Shown piece by piece: positions 31,992-35,912 of a stretch of DNA of 35,912 bases. Origin of the DNA: a virus; IMG/VR virus record IMGVR_UViG_3300045988_101805, positions 1 through 35,912 of that record; one strand, given 5' to 3'. A program made the translations under genes and the position numbers. Positions within the stretch are counted from its first letter, which is position 1; each line of letters begins with the position of its first letter. The notes under the pieces were generated by a model. That model was given only the letters and a program-made list of their open reading frames with translations, was not told the origin of the DNA and searched no databases.

Positions 31992-33080
31992 TTAATATTT
32001 AACATTGATATAATCCAACACCCTTGCCCAGCCGTATCTTTCGCCTGTTTTATCATCTATACAGCAGTTATACATCCAATAATCCCACTCTTTAGGATTT
32101 CGCTCTTTGAGTAAATCAAATCTATGAGGACGCTTTTCCAAGTGCAAACCGAATCCGCACATTGAACAACCTGTTCTTTGAGCCTTGGTTGTGTACAAAG
32201 TACCATCTTCTTGCCTCTCGATTTTTCCGTATATTTCGGGAACAGGAACATTTAAATCAAGAGCAAGTTGCAAAATATCTTGTCTGTTAAAAATCGCAAA
32301 CGGTGCTGATCTGATTGTAGATTTACCGAAATAATTACAACCATTTATCATTAAGGATTTAGCTCTTCTTCCACCTTCGGAAGCCATCAAGCCAAGATAA
32401 GGCACGCTGTTATGTTCTTTCGCCCAAGTGTCGCAAGGCTTTTCTTTTAGATAATAACAGCATTTTGATGACACTTTGAAATTTGGAATTTGGTAATTTG
32501 TACCCTCTTCATCATTCGCATAACCGCCGAACTTTTCAAGCCACTTTTGCGACATTTTCATACGACTGTTTTTTTGATAACCGCCATAGGCTCCTGTTTC
32601 GCCTGTCACAATAGCATGTCGAACAGTTTTGTTTTTTTCGGTCGGATTTGCAAGTAATTCAATCTTGGCGGCAATTTCTTTTGATAAGACAGGAAATCCA
32701 AACTCTTGAATTATATCCTGCTTAGTCCAGCGGTGTTCTTTTCCTGCACCGTCAACATACCGAACTGATGGCTTTAACCTTTCAATTCCGAGCTCTTTAT
32801 GTATTTTTTGAATGCTTGAATCTTCAAGATAAGAAACGCTGATTCCTGGGGCATGGATTCCGATTGACTTTAAAAAGATAAATAATGTAATGCTATCAAG
32901 ACCGCCGACCGAAACGTGATAGTTTAATTCTCGTTTATCGCATTCTTCGGCAAATTCTCTCGCTCTGATAGTTGCATACTTAACTTTAAATTCATAATCT
33001 TGTTTTTGCTTAACAATGAAATCAGAGATTTTTCTCTGTCCGTCAATTCTTTCCATTCGTTCAAAAACATTTTCTTTCAT
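31992..33080 (-). CDS. PAPS-reductase-family PP-loop enzyme (DndC/IbrA-like)
   Basis: PP-loop SVGGLDS, C-terminal cysteines CSMCGFG and CC. ATG 33080 after GGGGGTGGAGA. Confidence 0.8.
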   Translation of the reverse strand: MKENVFERMERIDGQRKISDFIVKQKQDYEFKVKYATIRAREFAEECDKRELNYHVSVGGLDSITLFIFLKSIGIHAPGISVSYLEDSSIQKIHKELGIERLKPSVRYVDGAGKEHRWTKQDIIQEFGFPVLSKEIAAKIELLANPTEKNKTVRHAIVTGETGAYGGYQKNSRMKMSQKWLEKFGGYANDEEGTNYQIPNFKVSSKCCYYLKEKPCDTWAKEHNSVPYLGLMASEGGRRAKSLMINGCNYFGKSTIRSAPFAIFNRQDILQLALDLNVPVPEIYGKIERQEDGTLYTTKAQRTGCSMCGFGLHLEKRPHRFDLLKERNPKEWDYWMYNCCIDDKTGERYGWARVLDYINVKY

Positions 33081-33355
33081 TTCTCCACCCCCACACATTC
33101 AAAGCCGATTGTTTCGGGTTCTGATGATTCATAAGCTTTGAGCTTGCGGGTAAGCTCTGCGTTTTCAAGGGTAAGTTCGTTTATAACCCTTTCACAGGTG
33201 TTTGCTTTCTTTTTCCAAAGTTCGTTGTTACTGTTCAGAGCGTTACATTTAGCTGTAAGTTCTTCAATAGTCTTGTTGCGTCGGTCAATTGTTTCGATTC
33301 GATTTTCGAGTTCTAAACGCAATGACCTGCGTGTTCTGAAATCTTTAAATGCCAT
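33077..33355 (-). CDS. Coiled-coil 92-aa protein
   Basis: Heptad-like ELENRIETIDRRNKTIEELTAKCNAL.... RBS AAAGGAGC. Confidence 0.65.
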   Translation of the reverse strand: MAFKDFRTRRSLRLELENRIETIDRRNKTIEELTAKCNALNSNNELWKKKANTCERVINELTLENAELTRKLKAYESSEPETIGFECVGVEK

Positions 33356-33369
33356 TTTTCAATGCTCCT

Positions 33370-33564
33370 TTAACTTAAAAAGTCTGCTACTCTGGCTTTT
33401 GAAATACTGTTTCCTGTTTTTCTTTCGCCGAAAATCCTTGAAACGGTTTTCTTGCTTTTTTGCAAATATGTTGCTACTTCATCGTAACTCAACAATTCTT
33501 TGCCAGGAAATTTTTCGTCAAGCCTTTCAAGATTTCTGCGAAATAATGGCTTTTCTCTCGGCAT
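33370..33564 (-). CDS. Small HTH DNA-binding protein
   Basis: LLSYDEVATYLQKSKKTVSRIF is an HTH. Strong RBS AAGGAGGTG. Confidence 0.65.
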   Translation of the reverse strand: MPREKPLFRRNLERLDEKFPGKELLSYDEVATYLQKSKKTVSRIFGERKTGNSISKARVADFLS

Positions 33565-33576
33565 ATGTACACCTCC

Positions 33577-33792
33577 TTACTTTACTTTTTCAACCTTGAC
33601 GCCTTCCTGAATTTCAATTCTCGGCAGGGCAAACTCAATGCACATTCTCGCAAGCTGTGAGATGTAAATTCCTGTCTTGTCCGAAATCTCGTTAAGCTCC
33701 TTGAGCGTGTCATTATCAACAACCGCTCTGATTGTGTTGCCCTCTTTAGGTGTCAATGGCTTTACGATTGGTACAATCAATCTGTCTGACAT
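33577..33792 (-). CDS. Ribbon-helix-helix-like small regulator
   Basis: IRAVVDNDTLKELNEISDKTGIYISQLARMCIEFAL fits a beta-alpha-alpha pattern. RBS TAGGAGGAG. Confidence 0.6.
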   Translation of the reverse strand: MSDRLIVPIVKPLTPKEGNTIRAVVDNDTLKELNEISDKTGIYISQLARMCIEFALPRIEIQEGVKVEKVK

Positions 33793-33816
33793 ATAAACTC
33801 CTCCTAAAAATAAATA

Positions 33817-33960
33817 TTACTCATCATCTGATTTTGGAAAATGATAATGATAGATTGTGTTGCCGTTAATATCAGTTTCAATTGTGCAGTCACCTCTGTA
33901 ATCGCTTTTCAGCAGATTCATAAATTCTGCGATTTCATCGGGTGTGCCTGTTATCTGCAT
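33817..33960 (-). CDS. 47-aa first gene of the early leftward operon
   Basis: RBS GCAGGTGA. Translates MQITGTPDEIAEFMNLLKSDYRGDCTIETDINGNTIYHYHFPKSDDE. Confidence 0.45.
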   Translation of the reverse strand: MQITGTPDEIAEFMNLLKSDYRGDCTIETDINGNTIYHYHFPKSDDE

Positions 33961-34011
33961 TGTTATCACCTGCTTTCTGTTTTCTTGTGTTATTTGTGAT
34001 TAGATGTTACA

Positions 34012-34749
34012 ATGTTTTCAACACTATACAGAAGGGAGTCCTTGACTATACGAAAGACAATATACAACTGTAAATCATTGAACAACGAAGAACATTACAA
34101 AAATCTTGAAATTGAATATCCGCCCGGTTGTCCCATGTGTCACAAAACAGGTAATCCGTTTTGTTTAAGTTCCTACTATATTGAAGATGAATTTACCCGC
34201 CCAAATCTTTTTGTTCATTTTTTCTGTCAAAATTGTGAAAGGACATTTTTAGGGAATTACTATATAGGTCCTTATTACGATAAAACTGAATTTGAAAGTT
34301 TTGAGCCGGTTTACAATACCAAAGAACGAGAATTTCCTAAACACATAAGAGAGTTGTCACCTGATTTTTGCGACATATATAACCAAGCATACGCTTCTGA
34401 ACAGTATGGATTGAAAGATGTTTCGGGTATGGCTTACAGAAAAGCCTTAGAGTTCTTAGTAAAGGATTACGCAATACTGTTACAGCCGAACGATATGGAG
34501 AAGATTGTTAAAGCACCATTATCAAGATGTATTAGCGATTACATTGATAACAAAAAAATCAAGAAATTAGCAATAGCCTCTGCTTGGCTTGGTAATGATG
34601 AAACACATTACGAACGAAAATTCAAAGATTACACTATTGATAACTTAGTCGAATTTATAAACGCTATTGTTTCTTTCATAGATTCAGACATTTCTGTAGC
34701 AATCGCTGAAAATATGATAGAAGAACAAAAAGCTACTCATCAGTCGTAA
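34012..34749 (+). CDS. Zinc-ribbon + DUF4145-like (HEPN-clan-like) protein
   Basis: CPMCHK...CQNCERTF ribbon. The C-terminal half AYRKALEFLVKDYAI...WLGNDETHYE resembles DUF4145. Start uncertain (no RBS at 34012). Confidence 0.65.
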   Translation: MFSTLYRRESLTIRKTIYNCKSLNNEEHYKNLEIEYPPGCPMCHKTGNPFCLSSYYIEDEFTRPNLFVHFFCQNCERTFLGNYYIGPYYDKTEFESFEPVYNTKEREFPKHIRELSPDFCDIYNQAYASEQYGLKDVSGMAYRKALEFLVKDYAILLQPNDMEKIVKAPLSRCISDYIDNKKIKKLAIASAWLGNDETHYERKFKDYTIDNLVEFINAIVSFIDSDISVAIAENMIEEQKATHQS

Positions 34750-34915
34750 ACTTAAAACGCAAATTAAAAAATTCGAGCTGATTGATTGTTTCCTGCAATT
34801 CATCAGCTTGTTTTTTTGCCTTATCTATAAGACTTTCAAATTCCTTAAAATTTGTAACCAATATATTGAGAGTGCCGTCATTTGATGAATAGTTACCAAA
34901 CATTTTTTCTTCCAT
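34733..34915 (-). CDS. 60-aa helical protein, convergent with and overlapping 34012..34749
   Basis: RBS AGAGGTGAG 4 nt before ATG 34915. 17-nt 3' overlap with the + gene. Confidence 0.55.
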   Translation of the reverse strand: MEEKMFGNYSSNDGTLNILVTNFKEFESLIDKAKKQADELQETINQLEFFNLRFKFTTDE

Positions 34916-34940
34916 TTTCTCACCTCTTTTCGATATTTTA

Positions 34941-34969
34941 TTGCTTTATTACCCAGATAATGTTATTAT
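34941..34969 (+). promoter_or_regulatory. Sigma-A promoter for the Abi-alpha-like gene
   Basis: TTGCTT (34941-34946), 17-nt spacer, TATTAT (34964-34969). RBS AAAGGTGGTG precedes ATG 34993. Confidence 0.6.
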
Positions 34970-34992
34970 TTATTTAGAAAGGTGGTGCACAT

Positions 34993-35808
34993 ATGAGTGA
35001 CCAAAACATAAATGATACTGCTTATGGTGTTACAAAAGCTGTTTTAGAATCAGAAGCAGTAAGTAATCTTACAAATCCACCAACAAAAGTTGCAGGTGGT
35101 CTGTTAGCCGATTTCATAAACTTAACTGTAGGTGGCATACACTATGCTTCAATAAAAGCCGAATTAAAGCGCCAAAAAAAGTTTGAAGACTTTAAAGCTA
35201 ACATTCAAAAGGGTGTAGATAATATTCCAACAGAACATAAAGTTGAATCGAGAGAATCGATTATTGGACCTGCTCTTGAAAAAGCGAAATACTTTATGAA
35301 TGAAGACGAAATTCGTGAAATGTTTGAAAAGTTAATCGTCAATTCATTCGACAGTAGAAAAATCGAAAAAATTCATCCGTCTTTTTCTGACATCATTCAA
35401 CAAATGTCGCCTATAGATGCCCAGAATTTGAAATGTTTTGCAAACGAAGAGCGTTTACCTGTGTGCGAAATACAATTAAACCTAACAGACGCTTCTCACA
35501 GAACTTTGCTAACTAATGTTTTTTGCGGTAATAAATTGTGTAATTCAATTGAACAACAATCAATATCTTTGTCATCCTTATCTCGTATAGGGATTATAAA
35601 AATTGCATACGATGAATACTTAACCGATGATTCGTTTTATAAGATTTTTGATTCATTACCTTTAGTGATAGGTTTGAAAAATCAAGTTGAAGCTGATAAC
35701 AAAATTAATAACACTAATTTTAAAATTGATTTGCAAAAGGGAGTGGCAACACTTACTCCCGTGGGAAAAGCTTTTATTGATGTTTGTCTTCGTCCTTTGC
35801 CCACTTAA
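34993..35808 (+). CDS. Abi-alpha (DUF4393)-like abortive-infection candidate
   Basis: IIGPALEKAKYFMNEDEIREMFEKLIVNSFDSRKIEKIHPSFSDIIQQMSPIDAQNLK matches my memory of the Abi_alpha core (ALE...L..MFA.LL....HPsF..II.qLsp.DA..L). Confidence 0.65.
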   Translation: MSDQNINDTAYGVTKAVLESEAVSNLTNPPTKVAGGLLADFINLTVGGIHYASIKAELKRQKKFEDFKANIQKGVDNIPTEHKVESRESIIGPALEKAKYFMNEDEIREMFEKLIVNSFDSRKIEKIHPSFSDIIQQMSPIDAQNLKCFANEERLPVCEIQLNLTDASHRTLLTNVFCGNKLCNSIEQQSISLSSLSRIGIIKIAYDEYLTDDSFYKIFDSLPLVIGLKNQVEADNKINNTNFKIDLQKGVATLTPVGKAFIDVCLRPLPT

Positions 35809-35824
35809 TCAGATCCATAATTTG
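35774..35824 (-). CDS. 3' part (16 codons + stop) of the junction-spanning 49-aa ORF
   Basis: Continues QIMDLIKWAKDEDKHQ, stop at 35776..35774. Overlaps the 3' end of the + strand gene 34993..35808 by 35 nt, convergently. Confidence 0.3.
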   Translation of the reverse strand, partial: QIMDLIKWAKDEDKHQ

Positions 35825-35912
35825 AGCGTCGTGCTTATCAAGGTAGCTGTCTATTGTTTTATACAAATGGGCGGCTACTATTTTTATTGCTAATACTGCT
35901 GAAACAAAAGCT
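35825..35912. repeat. Terminal direct repeat, copy 2 (identical to 1..88)
   Basis: Same 88 nt as the window start. Indicates circular assembly overlap or terminal redundancy. Confidence 0.95.

Larger units (their letters stand above)
1..35824. mobile_element. Complete temperate siphovirus-type phage genome (one circular unit)
   Basis: Full set of lysogeny, replication, packaging, head, non-contractile tail (TMP, G/GT, major tail, no sheath) and lysis genes. 1..88 repeats at 35825..35912. No host genes. Confidence 0.85.

Noticed and set aside
34042-34044. TTG at 34042 as the true start of the DUF4145-like gene
   Set aside because: It is in frame and preceded by AGAAGGGAG, but the spacing is only 3 nt. 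I left the start at the track ATG and flagged it as uncertain.
35687-35893. Track ORF 35687..35893 (+) crossing the end of the Abi-like gene
   Set aside because: It overlaps the 3' end of a better-supported CDS in another frame, has no RBS, and runs into the terminal repeat.

Overview
The window is one complete temperate siphovirus-type dsDNA phage genome of about 35.8 kb. Bases 1..88 are identical to 35825..35912, so the sequence closes on itself with a unit length of 35,824 bp. I see no host genes. The integrase sits beside a 26-nt tRNA 3'-end mimic that has phage DNA on both sides, which is the excised/attP configuration. GGAGG-type RBSs, TTGACA/TATAAT promoters and a Zn-ribbon-fronted tyrosine integrase suggest a low-GC Gram-positive (Clostridia/Bacilli-like) host. 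Lysogeny module (+ strand, 2670..5417): CI/LexA-like repressor, a RelE-type toxin-antitoxin pair, a YgiT-type Zn-finger gene and the integrase, followed by attP at 5578..5603. A three-gene micro-cassette follows attP (5813..6378, + strand). The late operon is on the - strand from 24939 down to 6450: TerS, TerL, portal, MuF-type minor head protein, scaffold, major capsid, four neck/connector genes, major tail protein, G/GT chaperones with a -1 frameshift, an inserted moron, tape measure, Dit-like and Tal-like tail proteins, tail fibre, membrane protein, holin and amidase-SH3 endolysin. The early/replication operon is on the - strand from 33960 down to 25093: RHH and HTH proteins, a PAPS-reductase-like PP-loop enzyme, Cys-rich proteins, a Sak4-like ATPase, a DUF669/SSB-like protein, an ERCC4 nuclease, an initiator with embedded iterons, a DnaB-type helicase, a GIY-YIG nuclease and a late regulator. 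The most unusual region spans the circular junction (34012..35912 plus 1..2253). It is an island of + strand accessory genes, several with a recognisable sigma-A-type promoter. They are a Zn-ribbon/DUF4145-like protein, an Abi-alpha-like protein, a tail-anchored winged-helix protein, an Asn-rich membrane protein and a 57-aa protein. Each is paired with a small convergent - strand ORF. Other notable points: a JAB/MPN-like motif at the C-terminus of the MuF protein with a small trailing gene, a self-contained Zn-ribbon membrane moron between the GT chaperone and the tape measure gene, and a late-operon leader with tandem repeats, a promoter with no -35, and a terminator. All family assignments come from motif recognition by eye. 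No database search was possible, so they are hypotheses to confirm by HMM or structure search.
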